Under the pieces are notes generated by a model, which ran no database searches, was not told the DNA's origin, and saw nothing but the letters and a program-made list of their open reading frames with translations. This document shows positions 9,552 to 19,101 of a stretch of DNA of 48,665 nucleotides, one piece after another (position 1 is the stretch's first letter; every line of letters starts with the position of its first letter). The stretch lies in the IMG/VR virus record IMGVR_UViG_3300012913_000003, positions 1 to 48,665 of that record. One strand, 5' to 3'. A program made the position numbers and the translations under genes. This DNA comes from a virus. Its lineage: Duplodnaviria; Caudoviricetes.

Positions 9552-10480
9552 AGGCGCTCGTGACCGGAGCGGCCGGGTTCGTGGGTCGGCACACGGTCGC
9601 CGAGCTTCAGCGGTGCGGCTGGGATATCCATTCCATCGACCTTGAGCCGATGCGGGTAGACGTCGATCTCCGCAAGTCTGCTCACCTACACGTAATCGAC
9701 GATGTGCTGAGCGCCTTCCAGGGGGCTGGACCGGGCGGCATCCGCTATGACCTGGTCGTCCACGCCGCAGCCTCGTCCCCGCACCGGGCCGCGATCGACG
9801 GCGAGCCGCAGCACTTCGCCCGCAACCTGCAGCTCGACGCGGCCATGTTCGACTGGGCGGTCCGCACCGGCCAGGGCCGGGTGCTCTACCTGTCGTCGAG
9901 CGCCGCCTACCCGATCGACCTGCAGGACGACCACGCCACCGCGTGCAACCTGCGTGAGGACGACATCCGCTGGACGGGCCGCCGGAACATCGGCAACCCG
10001 GACGCGGTGTATGGCTGGACCAAACTCACGGGCGAGCGCCTGGCCGATCAGGCGCGCGCCGCCGGCCTGCCGGTGACGGTGGTCCGTCCGTTCTCCGGCT
10101 ACGCCGAGGACCAGAGCGAGAACTTTCCGTTCCGGGCGCTCGTCGAGCGGGCGCGCCGCCGTGAGGACCCGTTCGTGATCTGGGGCGACGGCAACCAGGT
10201 CCGCGACTGGATCCACATCGACGACGTGGTGAAGGGGATGCTCGCGGTCGCCGAGTCCGGCACCGACGAGCCCGTCAACCTGTGCACCGGCGTCGGCTGG
10301 TCGATGGCGGAGTTGGCGTACATCGCCTGCGACCAGGTGGGCCACAAGCCGCGGTTCGAGTACCTGACGGACAAGCCCGCGGGCGTGGCCTACCGGGTCG
10401 GCGACCCGGCGCGGTTCCACGAGATCTACAAGCCGACGGTCACCCTCGCCGAGGGCGTGGCCCGGGCACTCAAGGCCTAG
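9548..10480 (+). CDS. NAD-dependent nucleotide-sugar epimerase/dehydratase (extended SDR)
   Basis: LVTGAAGFVG Rossmann motif, YLSSSAAY, catalytic YGWTK, WGDGNQVRDWIHIDD. Confidence 0.92.
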   Translation: MKALVTGAAGFVGRHTVAELQRCGWDIHSIDLEPMRVDVDLRKSAHLHVIDDVLSAFQGAGPGGIRYDLVVHAAASSPHRAAIDGEPQHFARNLQLDAAMFDWAVRTGQGRVLYLSSSAAYPIDLQDDHATACNLREDDIRWTGRRNIGNPDAVYGWTKLTGERLADQARAAGLPVTVVRPFSGYAEDQSENFPFRALVERARRREDPFVIWGDGNQVRDWIHIDDVVKGMLAVAESGTDEPVNLCTGVGWSMAELAYIACDQVGHKPRFEYLTDKPAGVAYRVGDPARFHEIYKPTVTLAEGVARALKA

Positions 10481-10490
10481 GGGGCGCGCC

Positions 10491-11030
10491 GTGCCGCAGT
10501 ACGCGACCGCCGAGGAGCTGGCCTCCTACCTGCAGGTCCCCTCGGTCGACACGATCACGGCCAACCTGGTGCTCACCGTCGCGTCCGGCCAGTTCTCGCA
10601 GTCGGCGTGCACCTGGTTCGAGCCGACCGCGGTCACCTACACGACCACCGGCACCGTCGGCTCGTCGATCCGGCTCCCGTTCCGGCCGGTCACGGCCGTC
10701 TCGGCGGTCCGCATCAACGGCGTCGCGGTGACCGGTTGGACACTGGTGAAGAACTCGCTGTGGCGCGCGGCCGGGTTCGGTACGTCCTGCAAGGTTCCGC
10801 CCGACGAGGTCGAGATCGACCTGATCCACGGCCTCACCGATCCGACCGACGACGTGAAGGGCGCGGTGCTGGAGACGGCCGCGACCGCATACACGGCCCC
10901 GATCGGCGCGGTGCTCGGCGAGAAGATCGACGACTACGAGATCCGGGTCAGCGCGTCCGCCGGCGGCGTTGAGCTGACCAGCGCGGCGCAGAAGCTCGCG
11001 CAGCAGTACCGTGGCACGTTCGCCGCCTGA
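10491..11030 (+). CDS. Head-to-tail adaptor
   Basis: N-terminal YATAEELASYL, EKIDDY near the C-terminus, synteny. Confidence 0.75.
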   Translation: MPQYATAEELASYLQVPSVDTITANLVLTVASGQFSQSACTWFEPTAVTYTTTGTVGSSIRLPFRPVTAVSAVRINGVAVTGWTLVKNSLWRAAGFGTSCKVPPDEVEIDLIHGLTDPTDDVKGAVLETAATAYTAPIGAVLGEKIDDYEIRVSASAGGVELTSAAQKLAQQYRGTFAA

Positions 11031-11074
11031 CGATTGCTTTCCGCAACTCCGACGATCTCGCGAGGTAGGTAACC

Positions 11075-11371
11075 ATGACCGCCGGCCGATCGATCAGCAA
11101 GGACGAGCTCAACAACCAGGCGGGCGGGATCGCCGTCAGCCTGTTCGCGACGTTGGACAACGTCCGGAAGCTGAAGGCCGTTCTGGACGGCTACTCCGCC
11201 CAGAACCTGGTCGACAACTTCGGGTTCGTTCTCGCCGACGCAAACCTCCTGAAGTCGGCCGTCCTGGACATGGACACCCTTCGGCAGGTCTGGGAGGGCA
11301 CGTCGGCGAAGACTCCGGCCGCCGACATGCGTGCGTTCGCCAAGCAGCTCCTGGGCACCGGGATCTACTGA
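11075..11371 (+). CDS. Hypothetical protein
   Basis: RBS GAGGTAGG, coding-like codon usage. Confidence 0.65.
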   Translation: MTAGRSISKDELNNQAGGIAVSLFATLDNVRKLKAVLDGYSAQNLVDNFGFVLADANLLKSAVLDMDTLRQVWEGTSAKTPAADMRAFAKQLLGTGIY

Positions 11372-11391
11372 GCCGGTAGGGAGGCGAGCCC

Positions 11392-12867
11392 GTGGCCACG
11401 CCGCCCACCTTCGTCGCCGAGTACGAGACGGCCTGGAACTCGAACAGCACCCCGAAGACCGCGTCGGTCACCGTCGTAGCCGGCGACACGCTGGTGGTCT
11501 TCGGCATGACCGAGGACGCGGCGTACACGCTGTCCACCCCGACCGGCGGCGGTCTGACCTACACGCTGAAGCAGTCGGTGGTCCTGACGGACTACTGCAC
11601 GGTTTATGTGTGGACCGCCCCGGCCCCGACCAGTCAGTCGTTCACCATGTCGGTGAGCATGACGGGCTCGGCGGGCTGGTGGGGCTTCAACTGCGTCCGC
11701 TGGTCCGGCTCGTCCGGCATCGGCGCGACGAACAAGACGAACGCCACCACGGGCGGTCCGTCGCTGGCGCTGACCACGACCGGCGACAACTCGGCGATCG
11801 TGGCCGCCAGCTCCGACTGGACGGCCGCCGACGGCTCCTCCCGCACCTGGCGCACCGTAAACGGCATCACCCCGACGGCCGGGAACAGCAAGGAACTCAC
11901 CTACTTCCGCGACGCCGTCCACTACGCCGCCTACGGCGCGTACTGGGACGACGCGGGCACCGCAGGCAGCAAGACGGTCGGGGTCTCGTCGCCGTCCAGC
12001 CAGAAGTACGGCATCGTCGCCGTCGAGGTCCTCGGCGTGGCCGGCGGGTCGCCGGTCGACGCCGACGCGGCCCTGGCCGTCACCGCGACATTCGCCGCCT
12101 CGGCGACCGGCTCGCGCCCTACCGCGGCCACTCTCGCGGTCACTACCGCGCTCGCCGCGTCCGCCGCAGGCACGCACCCGGTCGACGTCGCCCTGGCCGT
12201 CACGACGACGCTGACGGCGGCCGCAGCGGTCACCCCCGCGGGCGTTGCGGCATCTCTGCCGGTCACGACCACACTGACCGCGGCCGCCGCATATACCGGC
12301 GCCGCAGCAGCGAGCCTGCCCGTCACCACGACCTTGACCGCCGCCGCGGCCGCCGCCCGGCCCGTCGATGCCGCCCTGCCGGTGACCACGACGCTGGCCG
12401 CCGCAGCTACCCGCACGGCCACGGCCAGCGCGGCGCTGAGCGTGACCACGACGCTCGCCGCCGCGATCACCTACACCGGAGCCGGGGCGGCCACCCTCGC
12501 GGTCACCACGACCCTGACGGCCTCGACCGCCACCGTTGTCACCGCGAGCCTGTCGCTCACCACGACGTTCGCCGCGGCGGCGGGCCGCTCGACCTTCCCG
12601 TCGGCCGGGCTGAGCATCACGGCCACCCTGGCAGCCGCCACAACCCGGACCGCGACGACGGCCGCATCCCTCCCGGTCACGACGACCTTTACCGCGGCCA
12701 GCGCCGGCCAGCAGGCCATCGCCGCGGCGCTCGCGATCCTCACGTCCTTCGCCGCCGCGGCCGCCTCGGCGGGAGGCATCACCTATCGCCCGTTCGCCGG
12801 GACGACCGCCCGGCCCGGAACCGGCCGCACCAGCCGCCCGTTCGCGGGCACCACGCCCCGACCGTAG
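11392..12867 (+). CDS. Putative virion protein with Ala/Thr-rich repeats
   Basis: Beta-rich N-terminal domain, about 12 repeats of ~20 aa (AxLxVTTTLxAAA), C-terminal RPxxGxT repeats. Confidence 0.7.
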   Translation: MATPPTFVAEYETAWNSNSTPKTASVTVVAGDTLVVFGMTEDAAYTLSTPTGGGLTYTLKQSVVLTDYCTVYVWTAPAPTSQSFTMSVSMTGSAGWWGFNCVRWSGSSGIGATNKTNATTGGPSLALTTTGDNSAIVAASSDWTAADGSSRTWRTVNGITPTAGNSKELTYFRDAVHYAAYGAYWDDAGTAGSKTVGVSSPSSQKYGIVAVEVLGVAGGSPVDADAALAVTATFAASATGSRPTAATLAVTTALAASAAGTHPVDVALAVTTTLTAAAAVTPAGVAASLPVTTTLTAAAAYTGAAAASLPVTTTLTAAAAAARPVDAALPVTTTLAAAATRTATASAALSVTTTLAAAITYTGAGAATLAVTTTLTASTATVVTASLSLTTTFAAAAGRSTFPSAGLSITATLAAATTRTATTAASLPVTTTFTAASAGQQAIAAALAILTSFAAAAASAGGITYRPFAGTTARPGTGRTSRPFAGTTPRP

Positions 12868-12877
12868 AGGGAGAACC

Positions 12878-13243
12878 ATGGCAGCGAACATCGGAGAGGG
12901 CCGGGTCCTGCGGGTCTGTGACCTGTGCGGCGGCGTCGACGACCACCCCCGTCACGTCATCGCCGGAACAGCAGAGGACGCCTTCGCGAAGCCCTCCGAC
13001 GAGATCCTGCAGAAGGTGATCGCCGCGGCCCCGAAGGCCGAGGTCGGCCGCCTGGTCCGCGACCTGGTCGACACGACCTCGTCCGACCGGCACCTGGACT
13101 GCTGCGCCGCCGCCGGCTGCCCGAACGACCTGTGCGGCCCGCAGGTCGCCGGAGCGCCCGGCACCGGAGCGCAGATGCTCGAGCACCTGGTGAACCTCGA
13201 CGATCCGTTCGCGGACCGCGACGACGTGGTGAAGGCGGCCTGA
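12878..13243 (+). CDS. Hypothetical Cys/His (Zn-binding) protein
   Basis: CDLC...DDHPRH and HLDCC...C...C; RBS GAGGGAG. Confidence 0.65.
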   Translation: MAANIGEGRVLRVCDLCGGVDDHPRHVIAGTAEDAFAKPSDEILQKVIAAAPKAEVGRLVRDLVDTTSSDRHLDCCAAAGCPNDLCGPQVAGAPGTGAQMLEHLVNLDDPFADRDDVVKAA

Positions 13244-13244
13244 C

Positions 13245-13637
13245 ATGACGCGGGGACTCTCGGCGGTCAACACCGCGAACGCGTGGCTGAACGTCATCTC
13301 CGGCACCACCTTCACCGGTGCGGCCGGATCGTTCATCCAGCTGCACACCGGCGACCCGGGGGCGTCCGGTACGGCCAACGTGTCGTCCGTGACCACCCGC
13401 CCGGCGCAGACCTGGAACGCGGCGTCGGCCGGCGCGAAGTCGGCCAGCGGCACCCCGTCGTGGACGTCTTGGGCCGGCACGTCGCCAGAGACGGTGACGG
13501 ACGTGTCGGACTGGGGCGCGAGCTCGGCGGGCACGTTCTACTTCTCGGTCGCGCTCACCGCGTCGAAGGCTGTGCAGACCGGCGACACCCTGACTCTGAA
13601 CTCGATGTCGGTGTCGCAGTCGCCGATCGCGGCCTGA
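13245..13637 (+). CDS. Putative virion structural protein (fibre/decoration-like)
   Basis: IQLHTGDPGASGTAN...GTFYFSVALTASKAVQTGDTL, a motif set common in small actinophage virion proteins. Confidence 0.65.
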   Translation: MTRGLSAVNTANAWLNVISGTTFTGAAGSFIQLHTGDPGASGTANVSSVTTRPAQTWNAASAGAKSASGTPSWTSWAGTSPETVTDVSDWGASSAGTFYFSVALTASKAVQTGDTLTLNSMSVSQSPIAA

Positions 13638-13638
13638 C

Positions 13639-13971
13639 GTGATCCTGCACGACCCGGTCACCCGGCTGCGTGCGGTCCTGACCTCGGACGGCTACGGCAA
13701 CCAGGCCCGCAACTGGTCGAGCGTCACCTCGACGGACTTCCTGGTGCACTGGTCGGCCCGGACCGTCGAGGAGACGGTCGGCGACGAGCCGCGGACCTCC
13801 GGCACGGTGAAGCTGTTCGGCGGCCCGGACTTCGACCTCGAAGCCACGGACCGGATCGTCGGCCCGGACGGCCTGACGTACGAGGTTGACGGCGAGGTCA
13901 TGCGCTCGTACGTGCGCGGCCAGCTTCACCACATCCGCGCCTACCTGCGTCGCATCGCGACCAAGGACTAG
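13639..13971 (+). CDS. Head-to-tail stopper/closure protein
   Basis: DGYGN...W and DRI...YEVDGE motifs; synteny. Confidence 0.75.
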   Translation: MILHDPVTRLRAVLTSDGYGNQARNWSSVTSTDFLVHWSARTVEETVGDEPRTSGTVKLFGGPDFDLEATDRIVGPDGLTYEVDGEVMRSYVRGQLHHIRAYLRRIATKD

Positions 13972-14077
13972 CTAGGGGGCCCGCCGCACGGGCACCGCTG
14001 GCCGGCCCGCTTCGGTCGGGTTATAGCCCCCTGTTTGGGCGGACCCCACCCCTCGACTGTACGCCGGAGGTGAGGCC

Positions 14078-14467
14078 GTGACGTACCCGCAGCTTCCCGA
14101 CGCTGAGGCCGCGCTGGTCGCCTTCCTCGCCGCGCACTCGGCCCTCGCGCCGCTGCATGGCGGCCGCGTCGGCACCGAGCTGCAAGCTGACCTGGCCTGC
14201 CTGCAGGTGACCTCGCTCGGCGGCCCGCAGCCCTGGCCGTGGGAGGCCGCGCCGGAGTTCCAGGTATCGGCGTGGGGCGGCACCAAGGCCGAGGCCAGCG
14301 CGCTCGACCGCGCGGTCCGCGCCGTGGCCTGGGAGCTGGTCGGCACCGGCGTCACCGGCGGCCGCGTGACCGGCATGAGCATCCGCCTCGCCGGGCTCTG
14401 GTCGCCTGCCGATGACACCGGCCGTGCCCGGTATCGCAGCGACATCGCACTGACCGTCATGCCCTGA
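14078..14467 (+). CDS. Tail terminator
   Basis: PDAEAALVAFL, QVSAWGGTKAEA, ARYR; lies upstream of the major tail gene. Confidence 0.75.
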   Translation: MTYPQLPDAEAALVAFLAAHSALAPLHGGRVGTELQADLACLQVTSLGGPQPWPWEAAPEFQVSAWGGTKAEASALDRAVRAVAWELVGTGVTGGRVTGMSIRLAGLWSPADDTGRARYRSDIALTVMP

Positions 14468-14481
14468 AAACCGGAGGACCA

Positions 14482-14715
14482 GTGGGCCCATTCATCGCCA
14501 AAGAGGACATCGCCGTCGGTGAGGCGCTCGCCTATGCCCGCGGCCAGCGCGTCGAAGCCGACGCCGTGAAGGCCAACGGCTGGGAGGCCCTGGTCGTCGG
14601 CGAAGGCACCAGGGAAGCCGCCGCCGTCATGGCCGAGCTCGGCCACCAGCCGGCGGAATCCGAAACCAAGACCAGCGGTCCGGCGAAGAGCGCCACCGCG
14701 AAGACGGAGGGCTGA
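14482..14715 (+). CDS. Hypothetical protein
   Basis: RBS GGAGG, GTG start. Confidence 0.6.
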   Translation: MGPFIAKEDIAVGEALAYARGQRVEADAVKANGWEALVVGEGTREAAAVMAELGHQPAESETKTSGPAKSATAKTEG

Positions 14716-14718
14716 TCC

Positions 14719-15306
14719 GTGGCCGTCAACCCCATCACCTCGGCGGCGGTCCAGACCGGCCCCGGCCGGATCCGGTACGCGCCGCTGCTGACCACGATCC
14801 CGACGTTCTCGGTGACCGGGTCGAAGTTCAACCCGACGTGGACGAGCTGGGTCGACGTCGGCTCGACCGACGCGGGCATCACCTACACCGAGGCCGCCGA
14901 GACCGCCGACATCAAGGTCGCCGAGAGTCTCTACCCAATCCGCACGACCGTGACCGGCAAGTCCAGCCAGATCTCCGGCGTCCTCAACGAGGTCACCGAC
15001 ATCAACTGGAAGCTGGTCAACAACGGCGGCACGATCAACATCACCGGATCGACCGGCACGAAAATGTCGGAGTACATCCCGCCGCTGGCCGGCTCCGAGG
15101 TCCGGGTGATGCTCGCGTTCCAGTCGAACGGGGACGACGAGATCATCGTGTGGCCGCAGGTGTTCCAGGTCGGCTCGATGGAGTACGTCCGGGGCACGTT
15201 CGAGACCAAGGCCGGGCTGTCCTTCCAGTTCAACGCCGAGATTCCGGCGTCCGGCTACACCACGCCGTACCGCCGGTTCACCGCCGGGGCGCTCGCGCTC
15301 GGCTGA
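14719..15306 (+). CDS. Major tail protein
   Basis: GPGRIRYAP...WVDVGSTDAGITY; followed by a terminator and the chaperone genes. Confidence 0.8.
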   Translation: MAVNPITSAAVQTGPGRIRYAPLLTTIPTFSVTGSKFNPTWTSWVDVGSTDAGITYTEAAETADIKVAESLYPIRTTVTGKSSQISGVLNEVTDINWKLVNNGGTINITGSTGTKMSEYIPPLAGSEVRVMLAFQSNGDDEIIVWPQVFQVGSMEYVRGTFETKAGLSFQFNAEIPASGYTTPYRRFTAGALALG

Positions 15307-15320
15307 TCCGCCCTCAGTCC

Positions 15321-15343
15321 GCCGCCTTCCGGGGCGGCTTTTT
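15321..15343 (+). terminator. Intrinsic terminator
   Basis: GCCGCCTTCCGGGGCGGC hairpin followed by TTTTT. Confidence 0.8.
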
Positions 15344-15411
15344 CGTGCCCGGCCGCCGCCCCCGAACCGGTGGCCGGGCACTTCGTTCGGGATGTTCGGG
15401 TAGGAGAAACA

Positions 15412-15897
15412 GTGGCATCTCTCGGTTCCTTCGGCGCTGCGGCGCGGGAGTACGACCCGGCCGTGGCCGAGCGCCCGACCATCGAGTTCTACGGCGAGAC
15501 GTTCACCATCTGGGACGAGATCCCCGCCATCCTCGAGCTGACCCTGACGGCGGCAGCTGCCGGGAAGGTGTCCGCGTTCGAGGGTGACGTCGCGTTGCAC
15601 GAGGCGCTGCGGCATGCCCTGTCCGTCCCGGCGCACGAGGCCGACGGGAAGAAGGTCAAGGCCGACGGCGCGCAGTGGCGGCGCTTCGCGCAGCTCGCGG
15701 CCGACAACTGTGCGCCGAGCGAGCTGCTGACCGACGTCTGCTTCCGGATCATGGGGTGGCAGGTCGGCCGCCCTACCGAGCAGCGGTCCACCTCTTCTCC
15801 TGGATCGCTGCCAACTTCGACGAGTTCGAGCAGCTCTGCCTCGGGCTCCCCGGGCTCGCCGGACTCAACCCCGGACGCCGCGGGCTCGGCTGGCTGA
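15412..15897 (+). CDS. Tail assembly chaperone (G-like)
   Basis: RBS AGGAG with GTG at 15412; ends GRPT plus a Ser-rich tail; lies between the major tail and tape measure genes. Confidence 0.75.
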   Translation: MASLGSFGAAAREYDPAVAERPTIEFYGETFTIWDEIPAILELTLTAAAAGKVSAFEGDVALHEALRHALSVPAHEADGKKVKADGAQWRRFAQLAADNCAPSELLTDVCFRIMGWQVGRPTEQRSTSSPGSLPTSTSSSSSASGSPGSPDSTPDAAGSAG

Positions 15898-16124
15898 ACG
15901 ACGTCTCCGGCCGGCTGCTGCTCAACATCGCCGACCGGCATCTGCGGCCCACCCAGCACGGCCAGCGCTGCGTCCCGCAGCAGTGCCGTCCGGGCTGCCC
16001 GATCCACGAGTACGAGGCCAACCTGCACGAGCCGGTCCTGGCGTCGGAGATCGCCGAGGCGAAACGGCAAGAGGAACGGCTGAAGGCGTACGCCGCCGGC
16101 GAGACACCCGAGGGGGCGCCATGA
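15769..16124 (+). CDS. Tail assembly chaperone GT extension (probable -1 frameshift product)
   Basis: Open -1 frame overlapping the chaperone 3' end with no good independent start; CGC CCT ACC at 15769-15777. Confidence 0.55.
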
Positions 16125-16456
16125 AGACCGACAACCGGCCCACCTCGCAGGCAGCGCTGCGCGAGCTTGCGAACTCGGAGCAGGCGCAGGACGCGGCACG
16201 GGCAACCGCGCTCGACATCCGCAACGACGCCCGCCGTCTGGCGGCGAAGCGGACCGGTAACCTGCGGCGCCACATCGTGGTCGAGGAGTACACCGACCTC
16301 GAGACCGGCATCGAGGGCTTCGCCGTTGGCTGGGACGACCGGGCCTGGTACGGCTGGATCGTCGAGAACGGCACCGAGGACACGGCGCCGAAGCCCCACC
16401 TCGTCCCGGCCGCCATCAAGAACGGCGCGACCTTCCAGGGTGGCGGTGGGCTGTGA
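16121..16456 (+). CDS. HK97 gp10-like neck/tail-completion protein
   Basis: ARRLAAKRTGNLRRHI...YGWIVENGT...PKPHLVPA. Confidence 0.75.
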   Translation: MKTDNRPTSQAALRELANSEQAQDAARATALDIRNDARRLAAKRTGNLRRHIVVEEYTDLETGIEGFAVGWDDRAWYGWIVENGTEDTAPKPHLVPAAIKNGATFQGGGGL

Positions 16457-19101
16457 CCGTCCTGCGCCGTGGATACGTCCCGGTCGAGCCGGATGTCACC
16501 GGGTTCGACGACAAGCTGAAGGACAAGATCCGGCAGCAGGACCCGGGCGGCAAGGCCGGCAAGCAGATCGGCGGCCAGCTCAACCGGGCGCTGAAGAAGG
16601 TCAACCTCGACCCGATCGACATCAAGGGCAACCCGCGGGACGCCCTGGCCGCGATCCGGGAGACGGAGCTGAAGCTCCGGGCGCTGGCCGGCGACTCGGC
16701 CACCGTCGAGGTGAAGATCCAGACCGAGCGGGCGCTGGGTCAGCTCGCCCGGTTCAAGAAGCAGCTCGGCGACGTCGTCGAGGACGAAGCCGCCCCGGTC
16801 GCGGCCCGCGGGTTCGTCAACAAGTTCTCCGAGGACGTCAACCAGCTACTGCAGAAGGCACCGATCAACCCGGGCATCGTCGCCGCGGGCGTCGCTGCCG
16901 CCCCGCTGTTGGCCGGCGTCATCTCCGGCGCGGTGGTCGGCGCGGCCGGTCTGGGCGGCGTGATCGGCGGCATCACGCTGGCCGCCCGCGACCCGGCCGT
17001 GCAGACGGCGGGCCTGCAGCTCGGCGCTACCCTCCTCGGTGGTCTGCAGAAGCGGGCATCCGGCTTCGTGCAGCCCACCCTCGACGGCATTGCGAAGGTC
17101 GAGCGCCGATTCAACGAGCTCGGCCCGGACCTCGACCGGATCTTCGCCTCGTCCCGGTTCGTCGACCCGCTGGTCAACGGGATCACCCGCGGCGCGCAGG
17201 GCTTCGTCAAGGGCTTCGCCGATGCGATCGAGAACGCCGACCCGGTCATACGTCAGCTCAGCAGCACCTTCGAGCGGCTCGGTACCGCCACCGGCGACCT
17301 GTTCTCCAAGATGGGCCAGAACGCCGAAGAGGGCGCTTCCGCGATCGGCGACCTCACCGACGCGACTGTCGAGTTCATCGACAAGGCCGGCGACACGGTC
17401 GTCGTCCTCACCAGGATCTACGGCGCGGTCGACAACTTCAACGACCTGTTCGAGAAGACCACGCACGGCCTGAGCCTCCTCGAGGCATTCAACCCGGCGG
17501 CCCCGTTCCTCTCGCTGTACGAGGCGCTCAACGGGACTAAGAAGAGCACCGAGCTGACCACGGCCGCGCTGTCCACCTACCAAGAGGTGCTGGAAAAGAC
17601 GCGGGCCGCTGCGGGCGGCGTGGTTGACGCCAGTAAGCAGATGGTTGCCACTGACGACGACGTCAAGGCGTCCCGGGTCGCTTTGACGCAGACGCAGGAG
17701 GACTTCAACCAGTCGCTCGCCAACATGGGCCCGGCCGGCAGCGAAGCGACGAGGATCGTTGACGGCCTGCGGAAGGCGACCGCGAGCCTGTACGGCACGC
17801 AGGAATCCGGCATCGACGCGAACGAGGCGTATCAGGCGAGCTGGGACGGCCTGTCGGAGTCGGTCAAGTCGAACAAGCGCAGCCTCGACGTGCACACCGC
17901 CGCGGGCCGCGCCAACCGGGATGCGCTCGAAGCACTGCTCACCAGCTCTCGCGACATGTACTTCGCCGACATCAACGCCGGTGTTGCGATCGACGATGCG
18001 CGCAAGAAGCATGAGAAGCGCACGGGTGCGATCGAGCGGGAGGCCGGCAAGCTCAAGCTGAACAAGGACGCCACCAAGGATCTGATCGGCACCTACGGCA
18101 AGATCCCGGCGAAGAAGGAGACCGACCTCGTCCTCGACGGCGTCAGCAAGGTCGTCAGCGCGCTGAAGGACCTGTACGTCTACCAGCGGTCCCTGGCGAC
18201 CGGCGAGCCCATCGGCTCGATCATTGCCCAGCTCAACAAGGAGAAGGGCCCGGCCAAGCGCTACGGCGGGTACCACACCGGCGGCTTCACGGGCGACGGC
18301 GGCAAGTACGAGCCGGCCGGCATCGTGCACCGCAGCGAGTTCGTTCTCCGCAAGGAGGCGACCAGCAGCATCGCGCGCACGCACCCGGGCCTGCTCGAGG
18401 AAATGAACGCGACCGGCCAGGTGCCGGGCTACGCCGCCGGCGGCCAGGTTGCCCCGGTCGAGGCTCGCGGCCTGCGGTACCTGATCAACGCCCGTGGCAC
18501 CGAGATCCCGTCCCGGGCGCAGGTCGCCGCGAAGGTGACGCCGGAGTTCGGCAACTGGCCGTCCAGCCCCAGTGCCCAGCGCGGCGACTCCGGCGTGTGG
18601 CGCCGGGTGGTAGCCCTGATCAAGGGCACGGGGCCGGTCTCCGGCAGCTTCGGCAACGCGTACCGGCCGGGTGACCCGCTGTGGCACGGCTCCGGCCGGG
18701 CGGTCGACTGGATGGGCTACGAGCAGGACGCCCTGGCCACCTTCCTAGCGTCGAAGCGGCCGCTCGAGCTGATCCACCGCACCGCGCAGCGGGACTACGC
18801 GTACACCCGCGGGAAGAACAAGGGCTCGTTCAACGAGGGCCTGATGAACGCCCACCGCAACCACGTCCACATCGCCATGGATGACGGCGGCATGCGGATG
18901 CTGCAGCCCGGGATGAACCTGATCCCGAACGGCACCGGCCGGCCCGAGCCAATCGCCGGACCTGCGGCGATGGCGGCCCTCGGTGGCGACGTCCACATCC
19001 ACATCCACGACTCGGTGATCACGAGCGAGCGCGCGGCTGTCGACCTGGTGGCGAGGGCCTACAACACCGCGGTCGCCGAACGGAAGATCAGGAAGCCATG
19101 A
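16453..19101 (+). CDS. Tape measure protein with C-terminal putative peptidoglycan peptidase domain
   Basis: Long Ala/Gly-rich helical protein; YHTGGFTG...EPAGIVHRSEFV; HGSGRAVD...HRNHVHIA. Confidence 0.88.
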   Translation: MTVLRRGYVPVEPDVTGFDDKLKDKIRQQDPGGKAGKQIGGQLNRALKKVNLDPIDIKGNPRDALAAIRETELKLRALAGDSATVEVKIQTERALGQLARFKKQLGDVVEDEAAPVAARGFVNKFSEDVNQLLQKAPINPGIVAAGVAAAPLLAGVISGAVVGAAGLGGVIGGITLAARDPAVQTAGLQLGATLLGGLQKRASGFVQPTLDGIAKVERRFNELGPDLDRIFASSRFVDPLVNGITRGAQGFVKGFADAIENADPVIRQLSSTFERLGTATGDLFSKMGQNAEEGASAIGDLTDATVEFIDKAGDTVVVLTRIYGAVDNFNDLFEKTTHGLSLLEAFNPAAPFLSLYEALNGTKKSTELTTAALSTYQEVLEKTRAAAGGVVDASKQMVATDDDVKASRVALTQTQEDFNQSLANMGPAGSEATRIVDGLRKATASLYGTQESGIDANEAYQASWDGLSESVKSNKRSLDVHTAAGRANRDALEALLTSSRDMYFADINAGVAIDDARKKHEKRTGAIEREAGKLKLNKDATKDLIGTYGKIPAKKETDLVLDGVSKVVSALKDLYVYQRSLATGEPIGSIIAQLNKEKGPAKRYGGYHTGGFTGDGGKYEPAGIVHRSEFVLRKEATSSIARTHPGLLEEMNATGQVPGYAAGGQVAPVEARGLRYLINARGTEIPSRAQVAAKVTPEFGNWPSSPSAQRGDSGVWRRVVALIKGTGPVSGSFGNAYRPGDPLWHGSGRAVDWMGYEQDALATFLASKRPLELIHRTAQRDYAYTRGKNKGSFNEGLMNAHRNHVHIAMDDGGMRMLQPGMNLIPNGTGRPEPIAGPAAMAALGGDVHIHIHDSVITSERAAVDLVARAYNTAVAERKIRKP

